Shown here: positions 54,795-64,000 of the stretch, piece after piece
How positions within the stretch are numbered: position 1 is the stretch's first letter
Layout: each line of letters opens with the position of its first letter
Position numbers and translations under genes: made by a program
Origin: Limnothrix sp. BL-A-16
GTDB taxonomy: Bacteria; Cyanobacteriota; Cyanobacteriia; CACIAM-69d
Direction of reading: 5' to 3'
Assembly (NCBI GenBank): GCA_041937175.2
Contig: CP166615.1
Coordinates: 3,200,001 to 3,264,000, forward strand
Length of the DNA stretch: 64,000 nucleotides
The notes under the pieces: model-generated
What the model was told of the DNA's origin: nothing
Seen by the model: only the letters and a program-made list of their open reading frames with translations
The model's database searches: none

Positions 54795-56209
54795 CTAATT
54801 ATTATTGCTACTGCTACCTTCTTCTTCCGTTGTCGCAGGGCTTCCAAACGTGCCGCCGGGGCCAAAAAGGGACGTGGCCGCCTCATCCAGTTGTTGGAAA
54901 AAGAGCAGGAAGCCCAAGACATCTCGGAACGGTTGGGTCACGGTGTTCAAGGCATAGGTAATACGGGCGATGAGATTGCGATTCACAACCACCACGTCGT
55001 TATCACGCAGGGGAGGATTATTCGCTGGATCACCCATAAACGCAGCCTTGCCATCCAGAACTCGGGTCACCGGTTTGCCCTGTTCGGGATCAAAACGAAT
55101 GAGGGCAATTCGCCGGAGCCGGGCGGTATCCAATGACACGCCATTGAGCGCATCAATGAAGGTGCTGCCGTTGGGCAGGGTGAGGGTGACCAGGCCACCG
55201 CGACCGGCATAGTTCACCATCCGAATCCGAATGGCGGCACGGGCTACGTTGCTGCGGGCCATCAGGTCTGCGTCATAGCCCGGATCAATGCCGGATTCGC
55301 GCCGAGGTACCACGATCGCATCGCCATCTTGCAGATAAATCCGGGGTTCCGGGGCCCCTTCCACGAGTAGCGAGAGCAGGTTCACGTTTTTCTCGATCGT
55401 GGAGCCGTCGGGCAGTTGGCGGCGAACTTTGATGGCCCGTAGGTCGGCCCAGTCGGTGGCTCCGCCGGAGGCCACCAGGGCGGTCACGACCGTATCAAAG
55501 GGACTCACTCGATAGAATCCGGGTTTGACCACTTCGCCAGTGACCACAATGTCGGGATTCACGGGGGTGAGCACACCGACGGTGACGATCGGGTTAACGA
55601 GATAGCGTTCGTACCCCTGTTGCAGAAACTTTTGCAGTTCGGCGGTGGTTAGCCCTTCCGCATTGACGATTCCCAGTAGGGGGACGGAAATCTGCCCCTG
55701 AACATTGACGATGGTGGAGGTGTTGAGTTCGGGGAAGCCTTGCACCTGAACGGCGATCGTGTCGTAGGACGAGAGGCGATAGACCCGCCACTCCGGGGGC
55801 GGTGCGGTTAAGGATTCGGGCCAGTCGGGAATGGGTTGTCCCGGTTGTCCCGGTTGCAAAAGCGGCACGGGGGCGGCGTTGGGGTCGGAGGGTTGAGCCA
55901 AGGCCGGGCCGGGGGCCGGTTGGGCTGGGGTTGTTGGGGGGGGATGGAGCCGGTTGGGTTGGGGGCCGCTTGGATCGGTCGAATTTGGGGGCGATCGGGG
56001 CCCGATCGGGGAATATCCGGAAACACGGCTTCGGCGGCCGACGGATCGGGATTGAAATCGGGCCGGTTGGTGGGCTGCTCCAAATCGGAGCCATTCGCTC
56101 CCTGGCGAGGCGTTTGGGCCAAGACGGCGATCGCCTGACTACTGAGCAGGACGATCGGTAAACAACGGCTGAGGGCCAAGGTCAGGGCGGGCAGGGAGGA
56201 ACGGGCCAT
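54795..56209 (-). pseudogene. Polysaccharide export protein Wza/SLBB family, split by a 1-bp frameshift at G5 55911-55915 (real or sequencing error)
   Basis: YRLSSYDTIAVQV..FPEL, G.ISVPLLG, VTGEVVKPGFY, LQDGDAIVVP, LRDNDVVVV; signal peptide lies in the upstream frame starting 56209. Confidence 0.75.
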
Positions 56210-56334
56210 AGGACAGAAAAGGGCAGCAACGGCAGAATCAGCGGCATCCAAAGCATCCAATCAGCAGAATTCAATCAGGGGCAAAGGGCAGCAATGCCAT
56301 CCCAATTGAGCCATGCAGCAATTCGCGATCGGTG

Positions 56335-57129
56335 CTAGCGATCGACCTTGGGCGGGGCAGGTTTCAGCGGCCCCGTCAACAGGACTTGCTGCACCTGTTG
56401 CGCCAAATCGGTTAAGCGGGCTTGATAGTTTTGATCCCACTCATCCAAGGGCTTATCCGTAGGCAACAGCAAACTGACCGCAACCCAAGGGGTATGGCCC
56501 TGTTGCCATTGGGCCAGTTGATCACGCCAAAACCATTGGCTCGGGGCCGGGTCGCCCCCTTGGGGCCAGGCATACCAGGACAACAGGAAATAGGTTTGGT
56601 GCTGACTGGTCCAAAGCCGCACCAGCCGGGCCCGGAAGGGCGGCAGGCCCGCCGGAGTCAGGGTCAAGGTCTGTTCTGAGTCTGTTTGCAGGCCGTCGCC
56701 CAACCAGTTGCCGGAGTCGAGGGCTGTCCATTCCACTTGGGGCCGATCGCGCCCGCGCTTCATGGGCATCAGCAACAACACGGCGCGATCGCGTTGGGCT
56801 GCGGCGTTGGGGGTTGCGCCCGAGCCTTGGGGCCGCACCCGCTCGATCGGCTGCCAAAGCCACTGTTCACCGCCCAAACTGCGCTGGCTGATCTGCTGGG
56901 TTTGCCAACCGGGAATGGCTAAGCCCTGTTTGGGTAATTGCCGCAGGGTTTTCAGTTGGCTGGGGTTGCCGGCCCGTTGCCAGCGCCAGGCCCCGCCCGC
57001 CACATAACCCGGCAAGGATCCCAGGGCGATCGCCCCCAACAGGCCCAGGGCCAGCAGCTTAGAGCGGTGGCGGCCCCAGAAAGTTTGAGTGGGGGTGGGT
57101 TGCGAGTCCGAAGCGGAAGAGTCGGTCAT
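56335..57129 (-). CDS. Cyanoexosortase B system-associated protein
   Basis: N-terminal TM, PGY..G.W.W, RPQVEW, WYAWPQGGDPAPSQWFWRDQLAQW..HTPWVAVSLLLP; next to wza. Confidence 0.75.
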   Translation of the reverse strand: MTDSSASDSQPTPTQTFWGRHRSKLLALGLLGAIALGSLPGYVAGGAWRWQRAGNPSQLKTLRQLPKQGLAIPGWQTQQISQRSLGGEQWLWQPIERVRPQGSGATPNAAAQRDRAVLLLMPMKRGRDRPQVEWTALDSGNWLGDGLQTDSEQTLTLTPAGLPPFRARLVRLWTSQHQTYFLLSWYAWPQGGDPAPSQWFWRDQLAQWQQGHTPWVAVSLLLPTDKPLDEWDQNYQARLTDLAQQVQQVLLTGPLKPAPPKVDR

Positions 57130-57416
57130 GGGAAAAAGCAGCGGCGGGCAAGGACAGGCTCAAGAGCAAAAATCAAACTAAGGCAATCAAACTAAAACCC
57201 AAGCTGAAACCAAAGCAAAGCTCAAAACACCAACGACAACACAAACCAAAACGGCAACAGATGCACCACGATTAGCTGATCCACAGGCAAATCCTCCCGC
57301 CAGGATAGCGGGCTGGGACTGGTGGCCGCCAAGGGCAACGCGATCGCCCGGGGAGTCGATCGACCCGTCTGGAGATCGATTCGGGATCGATTTGAAATCG
57401 ATGAGATGACCGCAAA

Positions 57417-60400
57417 TTACCAAGGACTGCCAATTGTGGTGAAGCTGGCCCAATAGTAGGGGTGCGCTAGGGAAAAAGTCGCTAACTTGCTCGACTCCGG
57501 CGGCAAATCTACAACGCCACCGGGAAACACCAAGCGCCCATCTTCGGCCCGAGTTTGCCCCCGCAACATGGCAATTTGGGCCCGGCGCAGGGCTTCCGCT
57601 TTGATGGGGGCCGATCGCAAGGCATCATAGAACCCCGCCATCAGCCCCAAGGTTCCCTCATCACTCACATACCAGAGGCTAGCCACCACGGATTTCACCC
57701 CCGCATCCACCGCAAAGCCCGCAAATCCCAACTCCGCCGACTCATCCCCGATCGCCGTGCGACAAGCACTCAGCACCAACAATTCCACGGGCGGACTGCC
57801 CAACCCCAAGTAGCGCAAATCACTGACGGCTAGCCGTCGATCCCATAACCGCACAAAGGAATCTTGGGGAGAGCCGGGCCGAAAATCCGCGTGGGTGGCC
57901 AAATGCAAAATCGGGAACGGGTTCGATCGCCGCTGACGTTTCAGGTTTTCTAAGTTGAACTCTTCATTCAGAAAGGTTTTGTCCCGGGGAATGAGCCGCT
58001 GAATCGTGGCCAGCTCCACCGGCACGGCGGGCAACGGTGGCAAATCCGTGAACTCCGAGGCCCCAAAACTGAGCACCGGGGCCGATCGAATGGGTTCAAA
58101 CTGCGTATCGGTCAGGTTAATGCTGGGAATTAACCCAACGCTGTATTTTTCAATCAAAAACTGCTGGCCATCGTGCAACACGGACACGGGCAGCGATCGC
58201 ATCCCGCGATCCATCGAAAAGGCGATCGTGTCCACCTGATGGCGCACCAAATCTTCGGCCACGGGCCCCACAATCCAGCGGTATAGCTGTTCGGCCGGGG
58301 GGCGGTAGGTGTTGCTGATGCGGGCTACGGGGGTGGTGATGGCGGCTCGCAAATCATTCACCGCCTTCAAAACCCGATCGCGCTGGGCCTCGCGCACCAC
58401 TCGATAGATCGGTGGTGCATCGGGAATCACCAAAATCACATCCAACTGCTCAGGGCGAGCGAAGGTATACAAAATCGCCGGTTTCAGGCCCGTTTTGGAC
58501 TCCAAACGGCGCAATGTGCCCTGAAGGTCGGGAAAACTTTGCACATCGTTGCTCAGGGCCCGACCTAGATGGCCGTTGGTGAGGGTGGTATAGAGCCGAT
58601 CGATTTCCACCGCTGCCTTGTCCGAAGCACCGTCTTTCAGGTGGTCAATGATTTGACGACGGGCCACCTGTTCAACGTCCGTCAAATTGTCTTCCGATTG
58701 CGCCCCGTTGCCCATGGCCCGTTGCTGCACGCTGCGCCCCGCTTCCGGGTCAGCGCGATCGCCCTTCGCTTCTGGCTCCCCACCGGGAGTCGGCGTGGGA
58801 CTCGGAGAAGGCGTGGGACTCGGGGAAGGTGTGGGACTCGGGGAAGGTGTGGGCGTGGGGCTGGGACTCGGCGTGGGACTTGGTGTGGGACTTGGCGTGG
58901 GACTGGGGGAAGGACTGGGACTTGGGCTAGGCGTAGGGCTTGGATCAGGACTGGGGCTGGGGCTAGGACTGGGACTAGGGGTGGGAACTGGCTCGCCCGT
59001 GGTGATGAATTCGATGTTGCCCTGGGTGAAGGGGCCCGGAAAGGAACCGGTGCTGATGGTGCTGCTGCCGGTGGAAACGCCGCCCGCCAAGCCATTGCCG
59101 CCGCTGCTGGGCGTTTCGCCCACCACCAAAGGCACAACGGGCGTTTGGGAACCGCCGCCATGGGTGATGCGCACGGCATTCCCTCCCTGGCTGCCGCCCG
59201 TGGCAATGCTGGTCAAAACGCCCGATCGATCAATAAAAGCCCCCAGGGCCCGGAAAAAGCGCGTGCTCACAATATCCACGCTGCCACCCCGACCATCGCT
59301 CCCCCCTTGGGCGTTCAGGCTGGTGATTTGCACATCGCCCGGGCCCGTGAGGGTGAGGTTGGCGTTGCCACCATTGCCGCCAATGGCACTGAGATTCAGG
59401 GTTCCCAAACTGATGCCGGTGCTGGCGCGGGCCTGAAGATTGCCGCCTTGGCTGTTGCCGCTGGCGTTCAGGTTGCCCCCACTGATCTGGTCGGTGGCGC
59501 TGATCAGCGTGATGCTACCGGCGGCGTTTTGTCCCTGGGTGCTGAGGCTGCCAAAGCTGAGGGCCCGCTGGGCGGTGAGGGTGATGTTGCCGCCGCCGTT
59601 GCCCGCCGCCGTGATCAAACCGGCGATCGCGGCGCTGTTGTTGCTGCTGGCGATCGCCACATTGCCGGCCACGCCAATCACCGGAGCACTGGTGGACAGG
59701 TCGCCACTGAGGGCGATCGGGCCGTTGCTGTCGATCGTTACGCCGCCGCCGCTGCCATTGTTGCCGATCGCCTGGAGATTGCCCCCCACCGTCACCCCCG
59801 TGCTGCTATTAAGCGTGACTGCTCCCCCGGACTGACTGCCGCTGCTGGTGATGGCTCCCGTGGCGATCGCCCCGCCCGAGGTTCGCAATGTCACTTGCCC
59901 CCCGATCGGGCCCTGGCTGGTGATGGCTCCCGTGGTCAGGTTACCCGGCGCAGACAGGTTAATCGCCCCGCCGATGGTGTTAATGTCGCCCGTGGTGATG
60001 GAGCCACTACTGCTATTGAGGGTGATCGGGCCACCTTCGTTACCGGTGGTGCGCAAGGAGCCGGTGGTGATGCTGGAGCCGGCCGAGAGGTCGATCGCCC
60101 CGCCCTGGGTTTCCAGCGCCCCGATTGAGATCGCCTCGCCCGCTTGAATGGTGATCGGTGCGCCCAAGGTGCTCAACACATCGGCGGAATCCAAAAACCG
60201 CACATCGCGCCCCGCCGTGAACCGCACGGATCCCCCATTGGCCATCTGGAGACTGAGGCGATTGTCGGGTAAATTTTCTAGGAAAATATCCCGCTCCGCT
60301 TCCAGGATCAGGTTAGCGGTGCTCAACAACAGTTCTAAGCGCCCCTCACTGATTGTGAAGTCCACGGGAGTGGGCGGCCCCGTAAAAAAGCCTTGATCGG

Positions 60401-61781
60401 TGCGCAGAATCTGATTTTCTGGCTGGCCAAAGGGCACATTACCGCTCAATTCCGAATCATTAATGCCCACTAAACCGGGCACAATCCGAATATCCTGGGG
60501 ATCCAGCAGCAGCGTGCCCAAGGGGCCCAAGGGAGCCGTCAGATCCACCGTTCCCCGCACGGCCAGTTCCCCCTTGGCCGACAGTTCCACAAAACCACCC
60601 GGGCCACCGTTGGGGCCGCCCCGGGCCGCGATCGCCCCGCTATACCAAGTCAAACCATCGGCCCAAACAATCACCTGACCGCCTGCCCCTCGATCGGTGG
60701 CGTTGGCCTGAATTTGGCTGGCCCGATCGACCCAAGTGGCCCAAGCGCTGAACAGATTCCCGCTGCCCCGTTCGCTGCCGCCAATTTGCACCCGACCGCC
60801 CCCCTGAGGGCCGCTGGCTTCCAAATTAGCCCCCACCAAACCCACCCGATCGCCCCCGATCGTGATGCTGCCGCCGGGGCCGGTGGAGCGAGCGGTGTCC
60901 ACATTCCCGGCCACCACCACACCCCGATCGGGCAAGGCCACGGGCCCCGACGCGGCCGATTGCAACAGCACCGAGCCATCGGGATTGATCACCAACTGGG
61001 ACGCGGCGGCGGTGGGGCTGCCGGCCAACAATTCCGCCAGCGATCGCCCCCCGATCGCCCCCGGTTCCGGCAAGGCCACTTCCAAGGTCAAGGTGGATCC
61101 ATCGGGCGCAATCCTGACCCGATTCGTGCCGGGAATGGCGGCCACGGTCACGTTGCCCCCGGGCGCTTGCAGCCGGCCCGTGGACACCACGGAACCACCG
61201 CCCAACAGCCACAGATTTTGTCCTTCGCCCACGGCAAGGGAACCCCAGTTCAACAGATGACCAGGGCGATCGCTCACAAAATCCAGCCATTGCAAGGAGC
61301 CACTCAAGCCGCGAAAGTCTACGGGCCCTTGGGCGGGAAACCAACCGCCATCGCTGAAACCCAGCCGATCGGCGGTGGTGGCCATAAACGAAGCGGGCAC
61401 ATCCAACCGGGCCCCAGCCCCAAACAGGATCCCCGCAGGATTCATGAGATATAAATTCGCCTGGCCGCCGGAGACCCGAATCAGCCCTTCAATCACGGAC
61501 GGTTCACCCCCAGTGACGCGCCCGACGATCGCCCGCAAGTCCGGTGTGGCCAAAAAGTTAGCGATTTCCTGGGAACTGAGGCCCAGCCGCTGAAAGCTAT
61601 GGAACAGGTTATCGCCCGATCGGATGCCGCCGCCGATGTTGTATTGGTTGCCCTGTTGTTGGACGGTGGTGCCCAGGCCGTCGTTGGCGGGAACGATCGC
61701 CGGTTCGGCATGGACGGGGCTGGCCAGGAGGGCCATGCCGATGCCAAAAATCCCGATCGCCGTTTGCCGGTAACTACCCAT
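57417..61781 (-). CDS. Filamentous-haemagglutinin N-terminal domain + beta-helix + PS/PT linker + CHAT protease
   Basis: [44 protein letters not shown] and [23 protein letters not shown]. Confidence 0.9.
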   Translation of the reverse strand: MGSYRQTAIGIFGIGMALLASPVHAEPAIVPANDGLGTTVQQQGNQYNIGGGIRSGDNLFHSFQRLGLSSQEIANFLATPDLRAIVGRVTGGEPSVIEGLIRVSGGQANLYLMNPAGILFGAGARLDVPASFMATTADRLGFSDGGWFPAQGPVDFRGLSGSLQWLDFVSDRPGHLLNWGSLAVGEGQNLWLLGGGSVVSTGRLQAPGGNVTVAAIPGTNRVRIAPDGSTLTLEVALPEPGAIGGRSLAELLAGSPTAAASQLVINPDGSVLLQSAASGPVALPDRGVVVAGNVDTARSTGPGGSITIGGDRVGLVGANLEASGPQGGGRVQIGGSERGSGNLFSAWATWVDRASQIQANATDRGAGGQVIVWADGLTWYSGAIAARGGPNGGPGGFVELSAKGELAVRGTVDLTAPLGPLGTLLLDPQDIRIVPGLVGINDSELSGNVPFGQPENQILRTDQGFFTGPPTPVDFTISEGRLELLLSTANLILEAERDIFLENLPDNRLSLQMANGGSVRFTAGRDVRFLDSADVLSTLGAPITIQAGEAISIGALETQGGAIDLSAGSSITTGSLRTTGNEGGPITLNSSSGSITTGDINTIGGAINLSAPGNLTTGAITSQGPIGGQVTLRTSGGAIATGAITSSGSQSGGAVTLNSSTGVTVGGNLQAIGNNGSGGGVTIDSNGPIALSGDLSTSAPVIGVAGNVAIASSNNSAAIAGLITAAGNGGGNITLTAQRALSFGSLSTQGQNAAGSITLISATDQISGGNLNASGNSQGGNLQARASTGISLGTLNLSAIGGNGGNANLTLTGPGDVQITSLNAQGGSDGRGGSVDIVSTRFFRALGAFIDRSGVLTSIATGGSQGGNAVRITHGGGSQTPVVPLVVGETPSSGGNGLAGGVSTGSSTISTGSFPGPFTQGNIEFITTGEPVPTPSPSPSPSPSPDPSPTPSPSPSPSPSPTPSPTPSPTPSPSPTPTPSPSPTPSPSPTPSPSPTPTPGGEPEAKGDRADPEAGRSVQQRAMGNGAQSEDNLTDVEQVARRQIIDHLKDGASDKAAVEIDRLYTTLTNGHLGRALSNDVQSFPDLQGTLRRLESKTGLKPAILYTFARPEQLDVILVIPDAPPIYRVVREAQRDRVLKAVNDLRAAITTPVARISNTYRPPAEQLYRWIVGPVAEDLVRHQVDTIAFSMDRGMRSLPVSVLHDGQQFLIEKYSVGLIPSINLTDTQFEPIRSAPVLSFGASEFTDLPPLPAVPVELATIQRLIPRDKTFLNEEFNLENLKRQRRSNPFPILHLATHADFRPGSPQDSFVRLWDRRLAVSDLRYLGLGSPPVELLVLSACRTAIGDESAELGFAGFAVDAGVKSVVASLWYVSDEGTLGLMAGFYDALRSAPIKAEALRRAQIAMLRGQTRAEDGRLVFPGGVVDLPPESSKLATFSLAHPYYWASFTTIGSPW

Positions 61782-61977
61782 GGCTTTTCCTCGCTCGATC
61801 GCTGGGGGTGGATGTGTCCTTAGGGCGATCGTAGCTCGCAAACGGTTGATTAACCCTGGCTTAATTTGGAGCGGCGGGGTGGTTGGGGCGATCGGTTTTG
61901 GGGGTGGATGGTGGGGTTTGGCCCCGGGGGATGGGGCCAATCAATGCGATTGCGCAACGCAAGGTCGATTTTTGCGG

Positions 61978-63843
61978 GTTTCCAATCAAGTGGGGGCCCC
62001 AGCGAGTGGGGCCCTGGTTGAACTGGCCTACAAGGTCAACGAAATCCCGGCGTTTCCAATCAAGTGGGGGCCCCAGCGAGTGGGGCCTCTGCTGTGCCGA
62101 CCACCAATGGGGCCGTTGAGGTGGGTCAGCCAGTTTCCAATCAAGTGGGGGCCCCAGCGAGTGGGGCCCGATCCACGGATTTTGGTGCAATCCCACCCGA
62201 TCGCTCAAGGTTTCCAATCAAGTGGGGGCCCCAGCGAGTGGGGCCAACCAAGGCAGCGGAAGCGCTGGGAGCTAAGTTCGATGCGCTGGTTTCCAATCAA
62301 GTGGGGGCCCCAGCGAGTGGGGCCTTGAGATCCCACCTGTACTAATCAATTCGCTGATGTTTCCAATCAAGTGGGGGCCCCAGCGAGTGGGGCCAAGACC
62401 GCTCTTTACTTTGAAGAATCCGAAGCAACGCGAAAGTTTCCAATCAAGTGGGGGCCCCAGCGAGTGGGGCCTTGGGATTGCCGTAATTACTTCTGCGACT
62501 GAACCCCCGGGTTTCCAATCAAGTGGGGGCCCCAGCGAGTGGGGCCATGGAACACTGGCAGGCGGATGGACTACTCCCCGAAGCGGTTTCCAATCAAGTG
62601 GGGGCCCCAGCGAGTGGGGCCTCCGTTGTTGTTGAGAGGTGAGGACTCGGGCGATCGATCAGTGTTTCCAATCAAGTGGGGGCCCCAGCGAGTGGGGCCT
62701 AGAAACCTTGCTGGCTAAGGAGCCGGAGTTGAAATACCAGTGTTTCCAATCAAGTGGGGGCCCCAGCGAGTGGGGCCGATTTGGGCGCGGAGACCAGCAA
62801 CTTCCTTGATGTCCTCGTTTCCAATCAAGTGGGGGCCCCAGCGAGTGGGGCCTTTGCATCGATCAATTGCCGATTGAGGGCCCGGTCAAGTTTCCAATCA
62901 AGTGGGGGCCCCAGCGAGTGGGGCCTCGAGTGTCTGGTTGGTTGTCCAGATCGAAAAAGAAACTCACTGTTTCCAATCAAGTGGGGGCCCCAGCGAGTGG
63001 GGCCACTGATCGAAACCTCCTGATTCCGCATTGGAAGGGTTTGCACTGTTTCCAATCAAGTGGGGGCCCCAGCGAGTGGGGCCTTGACATGGACTACGAC
63101 GAAGAGTTAAAGTTCGCGATCGCCTACTGGTTTCCAATCAAGTGGGGGCCCCAGCGAGTGGGGCCTTTGATCGCTTGCGTGAACGTGTTGACGCTCTTGA
63201 GAGTTTCCAATCAAGTGGGGGCCCCAGCGAGTGGGGCCGAGATTCGATACTTCGAGGGGGGATCCTGCAAGGCGAAATTGTTTCCAATCAAGTGGGGGCC
63301 CCAGCGAGTGGGGCCCTCTCTATTTTGAAGAGGCTGAGGCAGTTAGAAATTGTTTCCAATCAAGTGGGGGCCCCAGCGAGTGGGGCCTTTGGAAGCCAGT
63401 CAACGGGTGATAGACCAGCGCCAAAACGTTTCCAATCAAGTGGGGGCCCCAGCGAGTGGGGCCTTTGCCTGCTTTCTTGGCTTCTTATTTGATTAATGGC
63501 GAGTTTCCAATCAAGTGGGGGCCCCAGCGAGTGGGGCCCTAGATTCTAAGCAGATCGGTCAACTGACTGATGAGTGGTTTCCAATCAAGTGGGGGCCCCA
63601 GCGAGTGGGGCCCAATTAAGAGCCATGCCTAAAAAGATACCCAATCCAGGTTTCCAATCAAGTGGGGGCCCCAGCGAGTGGGGCCGTTTTGTTATGTCCC
63701 TACACATTCTTCGTGGCGCATATAACTGGTTTCCAATCAAGTGGGGGCCCCAGCGAGTGGGGCCTTGGTGACTGTTCTGACAGTAGCGATATAACCTTCG
63801 TCGTCGTGTTTCCAATCAAGTGGGGGCCCCAGCGAGTGGGGCC
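61978..63843 (-). CRISPR. CRISPR array, 25 identical 36-nt repeats (GGCCCCACTCGCTGGGGCCCCCACTTGATTGGAAAC on minus), 24 spacers of 34-46 nt; type III-like
   Basis: Repeats counted directly; GAAAC 3' end on minus strand, 5' hairpin, variable long spacers. Confidence 0.97.
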
Positions 63844-64000
63844 TCCCCCCCAAATTAACCCTTGTGGCGTAAGGGTTGCAAGGTGCTCGATCTACAACCT
63901 CCCAAAGGACTGGACAAAACCCAAATTTTTGTTCCATGGAAAACGTCCAAAGCTCTTGCCCCACAACCGATCCACAACCTCCACGACAAAATGCGGGTTT
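63844..64000 (-). promoter_or_regulatory. CRISPR leader (partial)
   Basis: Sequence at the 5' side of the minus-strand repeats with inverted repeat AACCCTT-N7-AAGGGTT and a 15-bp direct repeat. Confidence 0.7.

Noticed and set aside
58786..58990. GGACT/GGCGT-rich repeat
   Set aside because: It is the Pro-Ser/Pro-Thr linker within the FHA-CHAT coding sequence.
61780..63964. ORFs overlapping the CRISPR array
   Set aside because: They are translations of repeats (FPIKWGPQRVG, etc.).
63990..64000. Window ends in GCGGGTTT, like the GCGG|GTTTCC junction at 61974
   Set aside because: Could be the start of another repeat, but 8 bp at the window edge is not enough evidence.

Overview
Chromosomal window from a cyanobacterium. 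HIP1 (GCGATCGC) is very dense and the gene set is cyanobacterial (cyAbrB, hli, ArgZ/AgrE, Ycf23/DUF561, cyanoexosortase-B-associated protein); a Limnothrix-like filamentous strain is a guess. It carries housekeeping genes (pyrG, pyk, sdhB, leuC, tpiA) and a four-gene partner-switching/c-di-GMP module (slr1658-like kinase, STAS protein, coiled-coil GGDEF, HAMP-SpoIIE phosphatase). Other notable genes: an orphan DNA adenine methyltransferase, a UvrD/AddA-like helicase-nuclease, two CHAT proteases, a PPC-calpain protease and a frameshifted wza. There is one complete IS5-family IS, and a 25-repeat CRISPR array at the right end (type III-like repeat, leader to the right, no cas genes in view). The most unusual structure is a nested family of miniature mobile elements. 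A perfect 20-bp palindrome CAAGGGGCTTAAGCCCCTTG sits inside an outer MITE with 3-bp TNA duplications. It is interrupted at its central TA by a 142-bp MITE that itself carries the same palindrome, giving Russian-doll insertions and a 68-bp tandem array. All family assignments rest on motif recognition by eye, not database searches.
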